Positions 1 to 10,836 of a stretch of 64,000 nt of DNA are shown here, piece after piece. Location of the stretch: positions 4,512,001-4,576,000 of the forward strand of contig OY761556.1 in the NCBI GenBank assembly GCA_963664705.1. The letters run 5' to 3'. Each line of letters starts with the position of its first letter. Positions within the stretch are counted from its first letter, which is position 1. The notes under the pieces are model-generated. The model ran no database searches, was not told the DNA's origin, and worked only from the letters and a program-made list of their open reading frames with translations. The position numbers and the translations under genes were made by a program. Source of the stretch: Acidobacteriota bacterium. Lineage in GTDB: Bacteria; Acidobacteriota; UBA6911.

Positions 1-1664
1 TCCGGTCTGCGCAACAAAAATCTCGGTCTTCTTGTGAAGGCATCAATGACGGTCAGATCGTTATCATTGGCATACGTATGCATGGCCAACATCTTTTTAC
101 CCCAATGCGGACGAACCGATTCCACGGTTGTTTCCTGATATTCAGTCTCGGTGAGGATTTTCACTTCATTCATATCAAATCCATATCCGTACATCGTCGT
201 ACAGTCTTGTGACGGGCGATAAATCCTGCCGTTATCCATAAAAATCCTGCCTGCCGGCCGGGCCTTTCTGGCATCCGATACAATCGGGTTCTGATGATGG
301 GGATGCCACTGAGCCGTACGAAAATCATCAGCGTAGTAAAGGAATAATTCCACTTGCGGATGTGCCGCGGCGGGATCAGCCATGGCCGTAAACAACCACC
401 ACCTGTTCGCGTAGTGAAACAGCGTCGTATCGACTGCTTTTACATGGTTCATCAAATGCATTTTAAAATGCCAAACGAAAGGGAAGCTTTCGCATTCATA
501 AAGATCGATGGCATTGGCGTTTTGAGATTCAGGGATCATGTAATATGTGTCCTCCCATTGGAAAACCAATGGGTAGGACAGATGATTTTTCGTGCGCAAT
601 ATCGGGACCGGACTCTTCCAGTTGCCCTCGCAATCCATCTCTATTACGGATATATGGCCCTTTTTGTCTTTATACAAAAGCTCCTCAATGAAGATGAAGT
701 ATTTGTCTCCTGACCGAATAACCATCGGATCCGCCCAAAACCTGTCTTCTGGAGGCATCATCACGCGAAAATTCCCATAGTCACGCCTTGAACCGCTGCC
801 AACGTCGAACAGGAGATACCATGTATCTTTGTAAACCATGCGCTGCGCCACCGCGCCGAAAGACCGGGCAAATATTTTCGCGAATAGCAGCAGCGACCGC
901 AGATTGGAAGGAACACCGTAGTTGTGCGAGGTGCCCGCATGACAATTGGCATTGCTCTTGCGGACCTCCTGAAGATACCGACATTCGCCGATCTGATGCA
1001 GCATTTCAATCTGTCGCGGCAAAAGAGAGGCGGCAGCCCAGAAATAATAGCTTCTGTTCCGGCTGGGTGAAAGCGGGTAGGTAGAATACCAGGAGCGACA
1101 AAGCGCTCCAGAAAAATTTAACGATCCTCCGGCCGCTCGGAGGGAAGTACCCGTTTCCGGATGGTTATTAATCACCTCCCAAAAGCCCGGCAAATAATTC
1201 GGCGCCAGGGTGTCATCTGAGTGCCTGTAATACCATGTGCCATATCGTGAGGCAGCCAAGCCGGCAATATTCAAACAGGAAAAACCTATCTGCACCAATA
1301 CATCCAGATCGTACTTGCGAATTTTGCAAATCGTCGAGCCGTCCAATGCACAGAAGAAGCGGCTGCGTATCGGCATTACCTCCATGGAGGGAATCTGCGC
1401 CGGGAAAGAGGTGATTTCTCTCGGCAAAAAGGGATCCATTTCTCTTCGAAATACCCTCCCGTCAACCCGGCTCAAGAGGCGGTATGCAAGCGGACTCGAG
1501 GGACACCCCTCATGACGATGTCGATTCCCAGCGTTGACAATAAGCAGCTTAATCTCCGCACATCCGGATTGGACACAACGCTCAATAGCGTAATGCGCCC
1601 ATGCGGGGATGGTATAGGAATCAACCATCAAACCCAGTTTGAGCTTGCGCTGAAAGGTATCCAT
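1..1664 (-). CDS. GINT1-N-like / five-bladed beta-propeller protein of the EPS cluster; 3' end runs off the window
   Basis: Absent from the ORF track because no stop lies in the window. Manual translation from ATG at 1664: MDTFQRKLKLGLMVDSYTIPAW...FWADPMVI...HLSYPLVF...YMIPES...ARPAG...YRPSQDC...YG; the frame stays open to base 3. Confidence 0.8.
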   Translation of the reverse strand, partial: MDTFQRKLKLGLMVDSYTIPAWAHYAIERCVQSGCAEIKLLIVNAGNRHRHEGCPSSPLAYRLLSRVDGRVFRREMDPFLPREITSFPAQIPSMEVMPIRSRFFCALDGSTICKIRKYDLDVLVQIGFSCLNIAGLAASRYGTWYYRHSDDTLAPNYLPGFWEVINNHPETGTSLRAAGGSLNFSGALCRSWYSTYPLSPSRNRSYYFWAAASLLPRQIEMLHQIGECRYLQEVRKSNANCHAGTSHNYGVPSNLRSLLLFAKIFARSFGAVAQRMVYKDTWYLLFDVGSGSRRDYGNFRVMMPPEDRFWADPMVIRSGDKYFIFIEELLYKDKKGHISVIEMDCEGNWKSPVPILRTKNHLSYPLVFQWEDTYYMIPESQNANAIDLYECESFPFVWHFKMHLMNHVKAVDTTLFHYANRWWLFTAMADPAAAHPQVELFLYYADDFRTAQWHPHHQNPIVSDARKARPAGRIFMDNGRIYRPSQDCTTMYGYGFDMNEVKILTETEYQETTVESVRPHWGKKMLAMHTYANDNDLTVIDAFTRRPRFLLRRP

Positions 1665-1695
1665 TGAAATATTTCCAGCGTCCTCTGAGTGGAAA

Positions 1696-2922
1696 TCAAG
1701 CTATTGTCAAATCAGGCTTGAACCTGTCGCTTCGCAAAGGAAGAGGGTGTGAGCCCGGGGCCGGGAGTGGAGACCGTTTGTCGACCACATTCGCACTGAT
1801 GACAATCAGGCTCAGGAAAAGCCAGGTGGGTTTGGCAAACTCCCAGGTCAAAGTGCAACATCCAATGAGCCAAATCGCGAAAATCGTCATCCAGAGCCGG
1901 GACAGCCCCTTTGGCTGAGAAACAGCTTCCCGCATAACAACAACCAGCAAGTATCCATATATAAAAATGCCTACAAGCCCCAACTCCGCCGCAATGGAAA
2001 GGAAAGAGTTGTGCGCAGCGGCCCCGAGGATTGAAGAGTCCCGGAGCGCGCCACTGCCAATGCCGAGGAATGGATGCTCGACAAACAAATGCATGGCATC
2101 CATCCACACCTGCCGGCGCCCTCCGAAATCCAGGGCCGCAATTGATTTGGAGATGGTAGCCAGGCGTTCTATCTCGGCCTGAGGCGCATAGTAAAGAACA
2201 AGACCGGAGGCTCCCAGAAGAACAGCTATGATAAAAATGCGGGCGGACAGCTTTATCCTGGCGCTGGTACAAAGGACAAACAACACAAAAGGAATGACGG
2301 CCACGAGAAAGGTTCTGCTGGCCGTCAGGGTAATTGCAAAGAGAGACACCGGTATATAGGCATAGTTCAGCATCCACAAAATGCGACTGCCTCGCGCGTC
2401 GCCCAACGAGGTGACAAAATGCCACGCAATGGGCAGACCTATCGTCAGAATAATGGCGACCTCTACAGCATTGAGACCAACACCGGAGTATCGGTCGGTG
2501 GAATAGGGATCAATCTGCATGCCATTGATGTAATTGTAGATTGTTCCCCCGATGGTCAGATAAGCGCCCAGAATATATGCCTGCAATGCAGCCATCAAAG
2601 CCTTGCGCGTGGTATACAGGTCCCACAATATCCATGCCAGGAAGGCGAGTTGAACATAGGTCTTTATATGCAATAAGGTCCGGTCATCCGCCTGACTCCA
2701 GTACAGGCTGGCCGCATTCCAAAGCACGAATACGAACATGGCCAGATGAAAAGGATGTGCGCGGCAGATACGCGGCTTTACCACAAATGAGCCCAGCCAT
2801 GCCACTGCGGTAAGGATTCCAAGAAATCTGGACAGCGTCCCCAGATCCCCTATCGTGACCGCATTTTCCCAGGGGATGGTGAAGACAACCGCCAATGACA
2901 ACCAGAAGGCTATCGTTTTCAT
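1696..2922 (-). CDS. O-antigen ligase / Wzy-type polysaccharide polymerase
   Basis: Multi-TM protein with TxSRT, R..W...P.LG.G and AHNSFL motifs; EPS context. Confidence 0.8.
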   Translation of the reverse strand: MKTIAFWLSLAVVFTIPWENAVTIGDLGTLSRFLGILTAVAWLGSFVVKPRICRAHPFHLAMFVFVLWNAASLYWSQADDRTLLHIKTYVQLAFLAWILWDLYTTRKALMAALQAYILGAYLTIGGTIYNYINGMQIDPYSTDRYSGVGLNAVEVAIILTIGLPIAWHFVTSLGDARGSRILWMLNYAYIPVSLFAITLTASRTFLVAVIPFVLFVLCTSARIKLSARIFIIAVLLGASGLVLYYAPQAEIERLATISKSIAALDFGGRRQVWMDAMHLFVEHPFLGIGSGALRDSSILGAAAHNSFLSIAAELGLVGIFIYGYLLVVVMREAVSQPKGLSRLWMTIFAIWLIGCCTLTWEFAKPTWLFLSLIVISANVVDKRSPLPAPGSHPLPLRSDRFKPDLTIA

Positions 2923-4061
2923 CGCGGAGTTTGGAATTGGGTGGTACCCAACAGCGCGCTCTGATACTGATCGATCACTTTTTCCGACGCATAGGGTTGC
3001 CAGCTTTCAGGCGGCGGCAGGGATGCTTTTCCCGAAAGCGCATCCCTCATCGCCCTGGCCAAAGTGGCTTCATCGCCGACGGGCACCAATTGACCATATT
3101 CATGTTTTTGTAAAATTTCACGCGGACCACTGGGACAGTCCGTCGACACAATCGGAATGCCGCAATAAAGAGCCTCAATCAGCACTGTGGGCAGGCCTTC
3201 CGATCGGGAGGAGCATACAAGCAAAGCGGACCTGGCCATATACGGGTATGGATTCGAGACAAACCCCGGGAGCATCACCTTGTGCTCCAGATGAAGGTCT
3301 TTCAGGAGTTCCTCCAGGCGGGGCCTCTCCTCGCCTTCACCCAGGATTATCAGCCGGGCGGATTGATCCCCGGCAATGCGGGCAAATGCCCGTATAAGCA
3401 TGCCAAAATCCTTTTCGGCTGTCAGACGTCCCACGGCCAGGATCACAGGAGGACTTCCCGGCGCGAACCATGGATGCTGCAGCGGTTCCCTGGTTCTCAA
3501 TGCCAGGTCCCGCGTCACAACAGGATTGTAAATCACCCGGATACGCGTGCGGGGGATTCGAGCCGTGCAGGCCAGGTCCTCGGCAACACCCTTGGAAACC
3601 GCAACGATCTCATCTGCTCTGGGATAGAAATTGCGGACAAGCAAAAGTATCAGTTGGCGATACCATACCGGCAGGTTCCTGTAATGATGTGAGAATGTAT
3701 TGTGTTGGCTGATCACAACACGCCGCGGAATGCCGGTGATGCGCCGGGCTTCCAGCGCAACAAAATTGGCATTCAGTGCCGAAAGAAGGTAGTCCGGCCG
3801 CTCGCGTCGGAGATAGGCGATCATAGCGGGCAGACTTCTGCAGGCCCTCCACATCCTGATAGGTCGGCGGTTGAGCTCAACAATGCGCACGGTATCCGGA
3901 ATTTGGTCCAGATAGGGACCCTCTGCCTGGGCTAGAACCAAATCCACCGACAATCCGCGATCAGCAAAGCCCGCAGCAAGGTTGAGCATGATCCGTTCTG
4001 CTCCGCCTTCATACAACCCGGGAATAAACACGGCCAATCGCTGTTTTGAAATCATCGCCAA
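2919..4061 (-). CDS. Glycosyltransferase family 4
   Basis: GGAER N-terminal motif, VGRL..EK, EGLPTVLIEAL. Confidence 0.9.
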   Translation of the reverse strand: MAMISKQRLAVFIPGLYEGGAERIMLNLAAGFADRGLSVDLVLAQAEGPYLDQIPDTVRIVELNRRPIRMWRACRSLPAMIAYLRRERPDYLLSALNANFVALEARRITGIPRRVVISQHNTFSHHYRNLPVWYRQLILLLVRNFYPRADEIVAVSKGVAEDLACTARIPRTRIRVIYNPVVTRDLALRTREPLQHPWFAPGSPPVILAVGRLTAEKDFGMLIRAFARIAGDQSARLIILGEGEERPRLEELLKDLHLEHKVMLPGFVSNPYPYMARSALLVCSSRSEGLPTVLIEALYCGIPIVSTDCPSGPREILQKHEYGQLVPVGDEATLARAMRDALSGKASLPPPESWQPYASEKVIDQYQSALLGTTQFQTPR

Positions 4062-4067
4062 AACTGC

Positions 4068-5654
4068 TTACTCGATGGAAGTGACCAGCGCCATTTGAAC
4101 ACGTCGCCACACTTGCCTGCGCTGTTTCCGGGACAGACCCAGATAAAAGCCAAATATCAAGACAAGCCCAAATGTAGCTCCGACGCAGAAGCCAAGGCGG
4201 ATCCAACTGCCGATAATGCCGACAGGCCAATTTCGCAATACGAAAAGCGCGAGTCCAAAAATGATGCCTGTTGTCAAAGCAGGCCTTAATACCTCTTTAA
4301 GCTGCGCGGTCCATGAGATATTCAGCAATCGACTGATCAAAGCAGGGTAGCCCAGGCTGAGAATAAGTCGCCCGAAACAGAGCCCTAAACACAATCCCAT
4401 GATTCCCGCCTTGAAATATCCGACAAGCACGCCCGCGGCAAAGGCTGACAGAGCAGCCGAACACATTCCCATCAAAACCTTCCGTCGAAGGCAGAGCGTG
4501 AGGTCGATGATACTGGCGTCATTTCGGATCAAGACAAATTGAAAGGCCAATAAAGTGACCAGCAGAGTAGCCATGGGACCGACATAATGCTCCTTGCCGA
4601 CCCAAAACTGAATAAAGGGCCCATTCCATATCAGGACGGTGGTACCCAAAGAAGTTGCAAGAAGCCAGGTAAGCAGCATGATTTCTCCCCGAACTTGGAC
4701 GGCCTTCTCAAGCTTGCGCGAACCGATGATGCCTCCAAGTCCAGGGGTGATTCCAAATACCATAATCGCCACAAGCGTAATCAGCGTTTCCGGCGCATAT
4801 TTGGACAATGAATATTTCGTCACCGATTCAACCGAATCAAACATGCCAAGCACAATAACATCCGTTGCCAGCATGATATTCGTGAGCACATTCCAGCCCA
4901 TAAACCATCCGCCCAAACCCAGGAAACTTCTCACTTCCTTGAGCGATGGCATCGCCCATCCAAACCAGGGAGCCCATCTGCGCGCAACGTATAGAAAACC
5001 AAGCCCCGTCAATAAAACAGTACCCAGGGAAGCACCAGCCACGCCCAGGATTCCTATTTTGAAATATAGCGCCAGACAGGTGAGCCCGCCTCCGACAAGA
5101 ACAAATGCGGAGGACAGACACATACACTTGTAGCCAAGATTTTCTCCTTCCAGGGCCAGTTGGGGAATCATGGCAATATTGGAGGTGATCAATTGAATGA
5201 CCAGAATGGCGGAAGCCAGGCGCACATGCATGGCGAGCTTTGCCGGGGCATCTATCCAATCAGGCATATACCATGACAGAATGGCCCCGACGGCAGCAAT
5301 TATGGGCAAAAAAATGCCACAGACTGCCAGCGCACTACCGACGTGACGGCGTTTGACTTCAAAATCGGAGCAGGTTTGTTCGTGTGCAAGCGTGTACTTC
5401 AGGGCCTGGGTTGCGCCACCGCTTGCCGATGCAATTCCCGCGGTCCGCTGCAAAACCTGCCACGTACCGAAAAAGAAACTGCCCAAGCCAGCGACGAGCA
5501 GTGGGGTAATCACAAATCCGACAAAAAGCCGTGCCCCATAATCCACACCGGCCGCCAAGGTGCTGAGCGACGCCTTTTTGGTTAGCGTGTTATCCGCAAG
5601 GAATCTTGAAAACAGGCCATCCGTGCTTGTGCCCGAGTAACTCATCGGTATCAT
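4068..5654 (-). CDS. Wzx-type oligosaccharide flippase
   Basis: About 14 hydrophobic segments, MATE/Wzx-like layout, EPS context. Confidence 0.75.
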   Translation of the reverse strand: MIPMSYSGTSTDGLFSRFLADNTLTKKASLSTLAAGVDYGARLFVGFVITPLLVAGLGSFFFGTWQVLQRTAGIASASGGATQALKYTLAHEQTCSDFEVKRRHVGSALAVCGIFLPIIAAVGAILSWYMPDWIDAPAKLAMHVRLASAILVIQLITSNIAMIPQLALEGENLGYKCMCLSSAFVLVGGGLTCLALYFKIGILGVAGASLGTVLLTGLGFLYVARRWAPWFGWAMPSLKEVRSFLGLGGWFMGWNVLTNIMLATDVIVLGMFDSVESVTKYSLSKYAPETLITLVAIMVFGITPGLGGIIGSRKLEKAVQVRGEIMLLTWLLATSLGTTVLIWNGPFIQFWVGKEHYVGPMATLLVTLLAFQFVLIRNDASIIDLTLCLRRKVLMGMCSAALSAFAAGVLVGYFKAGIMGLCLGLCFGRLILSLGYPALISRLLNISWTAQLKEVLRPALTTGIIFGLALFVLRNWPVGIIGSWIRLGFCVGATFGLVLIFGFYLGLSRKQRRQVWRRVQMALVTSIE

Positions 5655-5700
5655 TCAGACCCAGTGAAAGCTCCCATCGATAATAGCGGGTACCGTGGCG

Positions 5701-6786
5701 TCAGGCGACGCTATGCTGGTCTCTCCACGCCATGCCGGCCGTGGCGGCCCCCGCTTCTGAGGCAGCCAGTTCCAAATCACTGTCTACCATGTTCCGAATC
5801 AGTTCGTGAAAACCAACCCGGGGCCTCCAGCCAAGGCTCCCCCTGATTTTGCGGGAGTCTCCCAGCAGGGAATCAACTTCAGTAGGGCGGAAATAATTCG
5901 GATCAATCTGGACGAGAGTTCGGCCATCGGGTCCGACAGCGTGTTCGGCGGCCCCGATTCCCGACCATGCAAGACGGATCCCGGCGCAGTCAAAAGCAAA
6001 TTCGCAAAATTCCCTCACGGAGTGGTTCTGTCCGGTGGCCACGATATAGTCATCCGGCTCGTCGGCCTGCAGCATCCGCCACATGGCTTCGACATAATCG
6101 CCCGCAAATCCCCAATCCCGCCTGGCATCCAGATTTCCAAGATACAGTCGATCCTGGAGTCCCAATTTGATCCGGCCAACGGCCCGCGTGATTTTGCGTG
6201 TAACAAAAGTCTCGCCTCTGCGGGGAGACTCGTGATTGAAGAGAATCCCGTTAACGGCAAACATTCCATAGGCCTCGCGGTAGTTGCGAGTGATATGAAA
6301 CGCGTATGCCTTTGCAGCGGCATACGGACTGCGCGGATAGAATGGAGTCGTTTCGGACTGCGGCGATTCCGGGCTCATGCCAAAAAGTTCCGAAGAGGAC
6401 GCCTGATAAAAGCGCGCATCAATCGCGGTCTCGCGCATGGCTTCGAGGATTCGGATGGTGCCAACACCGGTTATCTCCGCCGTATATTCGGGGATCTCAA
6501 ACGACACTTTTACATGGGATTGAGCCCCCAGGTTGTATACCTCATCCGGCTGCACATCCCTCAGAATCCGGTTGAGTGAAGAGGCATCATTGAGATCTCC
6601 ATAGACCAGATGCAACCTGCGCCCCTTCTCATGTGGATCCTGATAGAGATGATCGATGCGACCTGTGTTGAAAGAAGAAGACCTTCGAATCACTCCCCAA
6701 ACCTGATAGCCCTTATCCAACAGCAACTCTGCGAGATAGGACCCATCCTGTCCGGTGATGCCGGTGATCAGTGCCTTTGCGCTCAT
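5701..6786 (-). CDS. gmd: GDP-mannose 4,6-dehydratase
   Basis: [43 protein letters not shown]. Start set at ATG 6786, which overlaps the fcl stop (ATGA). Confidence 0.97.
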   Translation of the reverse strand: MSAKALITGITGQDGSYLAELLLDKGYQVWGVIRRSSSFNTGRIDHLYQDPHEKGRRLHLVYGDLNDASSLNRILRDVQPDEVYNLGAQSHVKVSFEIPEYTAEITGVGTIRILEAMRETAIDARFYQASSSELFGMSPESPQSETTPFYPRSPYAAAKAYAFHITRNYREAYGMFAVNGILFNHESPRRGETFVTRKITRAVGRIKLGLQDRLYLGNLDARRDWGFAGDYVEAMWRMLQADEPDDYIVATGQNHSVREFCEFAFDCAGIRLAWSGIGAAEHAVGPDGRTLVQIDPNYFRPTEVDSLLGDSRKIRGSLGWRPRVGFHELIRNMVDSDLELAASEAGAATAGMAWRDQHSVA

Positions 6787-7763
6787 GTTTGCACTCCAGA
6801 GTGGAACAGGTTTCCATTCGTTGTCCGTCCCTTTTGCTGCGCGCGATACCAATCAATCGTTTTCTCCAGTCCTTCCAGCATTCCAACCTTGGCCCGAAAA
6901 CCAAACCAATGCTGAGCCCTGGTTGTATCGAGACTCCTTCTGGGCTGACCATTGGGTTGCTTCGCATCCCATACGATGCAACCGTCAAATTCCGTAAGCT
7001 CCGCAATCAGGTCGGCAAGATCGGCTATGCTGATTTCCATACCCGTCCCAATATTGACAGGCTCCGCACCATCATAGTGTTCAGTTGCGCGAAGAATTGC
7101 CTCGGCACAGTCTTCCACATACAAAAACTCCCTGGTTGGTGTTCCGTCGCCCCACAGGACAATTTCATGAATCCCGCGCTCCCTGGCCTCAATGCATTTC
7201 CTGATGATTGCAGGAACCACATGGGAGGTACCGGGATCGAAGTTGTCTCCAGGGCCATAGAGGTTGGCAGGAAGGAGATATATGGCATTGAAATTGTATT
7301 GAAGGCGGTAGCTTTGGGCCAAAACAAGGAGCATTTTCTTTGCCAATCCGTATGGCGCGTTCGTTTCCTCAGGGTATCCATCCCAAAGCGTTTGCTCCTT
7401 GAACGGCACCGGCACGAGTTTCGGGTAAGCACAAACAGTCCCCAGCGTCACAAACTTCCGGACTCCCGCCAGGCGGGCATGCTCCATCAGCAGCGCCCCC
7501 ATCACCAGATTGCTGTAGGCAAATCTGCCCGGGTTGGTTTGATTGGCGCCGATGCCTCCCACTTCCGCAGCCAAATGGATTAGAACATCGGCCTGAAAGT
7601 CATTGAACAGCCTCTTGACTGATTCCTCATGCGTCAGATCATAGTCATCGATAGTCGGCGCAAAGACATCCCTGCAACCCATATCCTGAAGGGCTCGGAC
7701 CACGTGTGTCCCCAGAAATCCGGCCCCACCCGTCAATGCTATGCGACTGTTTTGAAGTTCCAT
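6783..7763 (-). CDS. fcl: GDP-L-fucose synthase
   Basis: [48 protein letters not shown]; adjacent to gmd. Confidence 0.95.
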   Translation of the reverse strand: MELQNSRIALTGGAGFLGTHVVRALQDMGCRDVFAPTIDDYDLTHEESVKRLFNDFQADVLIHLAAEVGGIGANQTNPGRFAYSNLVMGALLMEHARLAGVRKFVTLGTVCAYPKLVPVPFKEQTLWDGYPEETNAPYGLAKKMLLVLAQSYRLQYNFNAIYLLPANLYGPGDNFDPGTSHVVPAIIRKCIEARERGIHEIVLWGDGTPTREFLYVEDCAEAILRATEHYDGAEPVNIGTGMEISIADLADLIAELTEFDGCIVWDAKQPNGQPRRSLDTTRAQHWFGFRAKVGMLEGLEKTIDWYRAQQKGRTTNGNLFHSGVQT

Positions 7764-7764
7764 G

Positions 7765-8319
7765 TTACCCCTCACCACCATTCAGTTTTTCCAGCCATTC
7801 CTCACGCCAGAAGAAATAGCAATTGCGGTCGCAGCGTCCATAGTGGGTTGTACCTCTGCAATTCAATCCTTCGAGCAGGAAGACGCCGTTGCATCTTTTG
7901 ACCTGATAGTCCCGTTCATCAACAAACCGCTCCATCCGCTTCAACACTCGCTGCGTAGTGCCGCAATAGGGTGACATTTCAATCGGCATGAACATGCATC
8001 CTTTGAGTATTCCCCACTCGTTGAGTGTGGCGCCAATTTCTTCCTTTGATTTCACGCGGACAAGGTCGCCGGCCTGCAGGGATGTTGATTCCCCAGGATG
8101 CGAGGCGACGACATCGTAGGGCCTTTCCCGAAGCACCCCGCGAAGTCTTTCGAACAGCATACTGCTGGAGGTTTTAAGTTTTCTGACCTGATCCGCCTTC
8201 ATGCTGCGCCGGATCAGGAGCCGCAATCGCCGGATAAAACCTTCTGGCGGTATCATGGCAAGCCCCTCGGAAATCTCCGGGATACTGGGCAACTGACAGT
8301 CTCCAGACGTAGTGGGCAT
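7765..8319 (-). CDS. Cys-rich hypothetical protein of EPS clusters (SH3-like [12 protein letters not shown] motif)
   Basis: ORF sits in the operon with tight spacing; C-terminus NC.G...[16 protein letters not shown]. Confidence 0.7.
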   Translation of the reverse strand: MPTTSGDCQLPSIPEISEGLAMIPPEGFIRRLRLLIRRSMKADQVRKLKTSSSMLFERLRGVLRERPYDVVASHPGESTSLQAGDLVRVKSKEEIGATLNEWGILKGCMFMPIEMSPYCGTTQRVLKRMERFVDERDYQVKRCNGVFLLEGLNCRGTTHYGRCDRNCYFFWREEWLEKLNGGEG

Positions 8320-8368
8320 CACGGTTCGCCTCAATTAAAACGGTATGGCCTGGCACCGTCATTCATTA

Positions 8369-9535
8369 TCAGGAGCGCCAACACCTGGCGGCCTGACAGA
8401 TTTGCCGTGCCTGGTCTTCAGTCAAGGAAGGGTATGTCGGCAGCCCAACCACACTCTCGGCCGCCTGGTGCGAATTTGGAAAATTGCGAAGTCCATAGCT
8501 TTCCGGGCAGGAATAGCGATAAGACCAGCTTAAATCAATTCCACGGGACTGCATGTGTTTATAGAAGCCCCATTTGTTTTCAGCCCATACAGGATATTGG
8601 ATCCATGCAGGCGCTGATGCCGGCAGCGGTTCAATCAAGGTCAGATCACATCGATTTGAAAGCTCTTTCTGATAGATCCGCGCCAGGGACTGGCGCCGCT
8701 TCAGGTTTGAACTGAGTCGATCCAGTTGTCGCAGTACAAGAAGCGCCGAGGTATCAGGGCATAAACGGAATGACGTCCGGGCTCGTTTGCCATCGGAAGG
8801 CGCAACCTCAAACATCTTTTCGTGCTTCAGCATTCGGTAGCCGAGGTGCGTGATGGGATAAATGCGTCTCAGGCTAAGTGTCTTCCTCGCAAGAGCACGT
8901 ACGGCCGGCATCCCTGCGGTTTGATTCGTTCCCGATGTCTCGAGAACGAGCCGAATCTTCCCGGCCAAACCATCGTCGTTTGTTAAAAGGGCGCCGCCGC
9001 CCTCCCCGGAAATTACTTTTGTGGAATGAAAGCTCAGGATTGTTGCGTCGCTCCGCTGGCCGAGGATTTGGCCTTCAAACTCGGCTCCGAGCGCCGGCGC
9101 CGCATCCTCGACCATCAAAACATCTTTATTCCCAAAGACATTCTTGAAGTCGGCGACGCTGCAGGGAATGCCAAACAGGTGGGTGGCCAATGCTACCGTT
9201 ACTCTCTCGGACGACGACTCTCTGATTGTATCGATAGAGACATTGAGGGTACGTCTGTTTATGTCGGCAAATACGGGATAATACCCTGCCCTGTATACCG
9301 CCTGCGGAACAACAATGCAGGTATAGGCGGACATCAGGACGCCTCCAGGCCTGTTATAAGCCATCAATAGGAGACGTAATGCCTCCCTGGCACTCTCGAG
9401 CAGGAAAACGTTGCTTACGCCATATAGTGCCCGGATACGCGAGCAAAGCTGGTTGCGTGCGCTATCCTTTGCAGAGGAATGGAGCGCATAGACAAGATCT
9501 TCATAGGAATACGTCGGAGCATTGCGTGCGAGCAT
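8369..9535 (-). CDS. DegT/DnrJ/EryC1/StrS sugar aminotransferase family protein
   Basis: THLFG, VEDAA, SFHSTK (PLP lysine), LPTYP. Start set at ATG 9535 (TGATG overlap with the upstream GT). Confidence 0.85.
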   Translation of the reverse strand: MLARNAPTYSYEDLVYALHSSAKDSARNQLCSRIRALYGVSNVFLLESAREALRLLLMAYNRPGGVLMSAYTCIVVPQAVYRAGYYPVFADINRRTLNVSIDTIRESSSERVTVALATHLFGIPCSVADFKNVFGNKDVLMVEDAAPALGAEFEGQILGQRSDATILSFHSTKVISGEGGGALLTNDDGLAGKIRLVLETSGTNQTAGMPAVRALARKTLSLRRIYPITHLGYRMLKHEKMFEVAPSDGKRARTSFRLCPDTSALLVLRQLDRLSSNLKRRQSLARIYQKELSNRCDLTLIEPLPASAPAWIQYPVWAENKWGFYKHMQSRGIDLSWSYRYSCPESYGLRNFPNSHQAAESVVGLPTYPSLTEDQARQICQAARCWRS

Positions 9536-10794
9536 CACTTCAAACCGGCGGAACTCTGAATAGCCTGGTAGTATTGATCGGCGGCTTTCTTTCGCGAATA
9601 ATTTGCCGTCACATGATCGCGGCCGCGCATTCCCATCGACTCGCAGCCTCGCGGATCCCTGAATAGTGAAAGGATGGCTTCCGCCAATGCGGCAGGTTCC
9701 TCCGGAGCAACACACAATCCGCACCGCACGGCATCAAGGAGAGACGCCACATCCGTCTGTGGATGAACAGTAGCCACAATAGGGCGCCCGCTCGCCATAA
9801 TGCTGTAGGTTTTGGACGGGATGGACTCCATCACGATATCGCGTCTGAGGGAGATGAGGCCGACATCCGCCAGGGAATATACAAGAGGCACATGTTCCCG
9901 CGACAGGAATGGAAAGAAGAGAACATTCTTCAGCCCGGCCTCTTCTGCCCTGCGCTGAAGCCCGGCCTTGGCGGCACCCTCGCCAACCAATACAAACACG
10001 ATCTCCTCTTGCTTCGCTAAAAGCCCGGCCGAGGTCAGAACTGTCTCCAAACTCTGAGACAAGCCCAGATTCCCTGCATAAAGCACCACAAATTTGCCAG
10101 ACAACCCCCATCGGCGACGCAATTCATTGTCACGCGGCAGCGGTCGGATAAAACCGGTGTCCACGCACACAGGGATCACTGAAATTTTTTCGGGAGCAAC
10201 TCCCTTCTGAACCAGGTTCATTTTGAAGCCGTCGGTGAGAACCGATATGTGCGCGGACCGATGATAATAAAAACGCTCAATTTCCCCCATTGCCTGCAGG
10301 ATGCGCTTGTTTCTTATGATCGAAAGCCTGGCTAGAACATCGGGATAAATGTCGTGAATGATGTATATAAATGGTATACGCGCTATCATCGCGGTAAGGA
10401 GCAGCGGAAATCCGGTCCAGAAGCAGGGCGCATCAGCCAGCACAATATCGGGCCGGGAGATCCTGAATGCGGAAAGCGTGGCGGAGAGACCAAAGGATGC
10501 GCAATGAAGAAGTCTGCGGGACAAAGACTCCTTTGAAGCCGAAGCAACCCGGGTCCGGACAATATGGACACCGTTGATATCCTCACGCTTGAGAGGCTTC
10601 GGAGATACTTTATCCATGTCCGGACCTGGCAGTGGGCGCGTCGGCAGCGATGTTATGACTGAAACATTACAGCCAAGCTGAATCAGGTCCTCGCACAATG
10701 CGGTAAATATCGGAACACTCGCCGCAAGATCGGGCGCGTAGAAAGGGGTGATCATGAGAACATTGATCGAGCGCATCTGCAAAACTCCTGCCAT
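9535..10794 (-). CDS. Glycosyltransferase family 4 (WbuB/WcaI-like)
   Basis: HDIYPD, YAGNLG..Q, PSK.Y.IMA.GRP. Confidence 0.88.
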   Translation of the reverse strand: MAGVLQMRSINVLMITPFYAPDLAASVPIFTALCEDLIQLGCNVSVITSLPTRPLPGPDMDKVSPKPLKREDINGVHIVRTRVASASKESLSRRLLHCASFGLSATLSAFRISRPDIVLADAPCFWTGFPLLLTAMIARIPFIYIIHDIYPDVLARLSIIRNKRILQAMGEIERFYYHRSAHISVLTDGFKMNLVQKGVAPEKISVIPVCVDTGFIRPLPRDNELRRRWGLSGKFVVLYAGNLGLSQSLETVLTSAGLLAKQEEIVFVLVGEGAAKAGLQRRAEEAGLKNVLFFPFLSREHVPLVYSLADVGLISLRRDIVMESIPSKTYSIMASGRPIVATVHPQTDVASLLDAVRCGLCVAPEEPAALAEAILSLFRDPRGCESMGMRGRDHVTANYSRKKAADQYYQAIQSSAGLK

Positions 10795-10836
10795 GCGGAA
10801 AACATCGAAGCAGAACTTTTGAATCCTACCTATGTG

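Noticed and set aside
354-1515. Several plus-strand ORFs in the track
   Set aside because: They are antisense shadows of the minus-strand gene at 1-1664.
8369-9724. 451-aa version of the DegT gene
   Set aside because: The extension overlaps the upstream GT; the TGATG junction at 9533-9537 gives the natural start.
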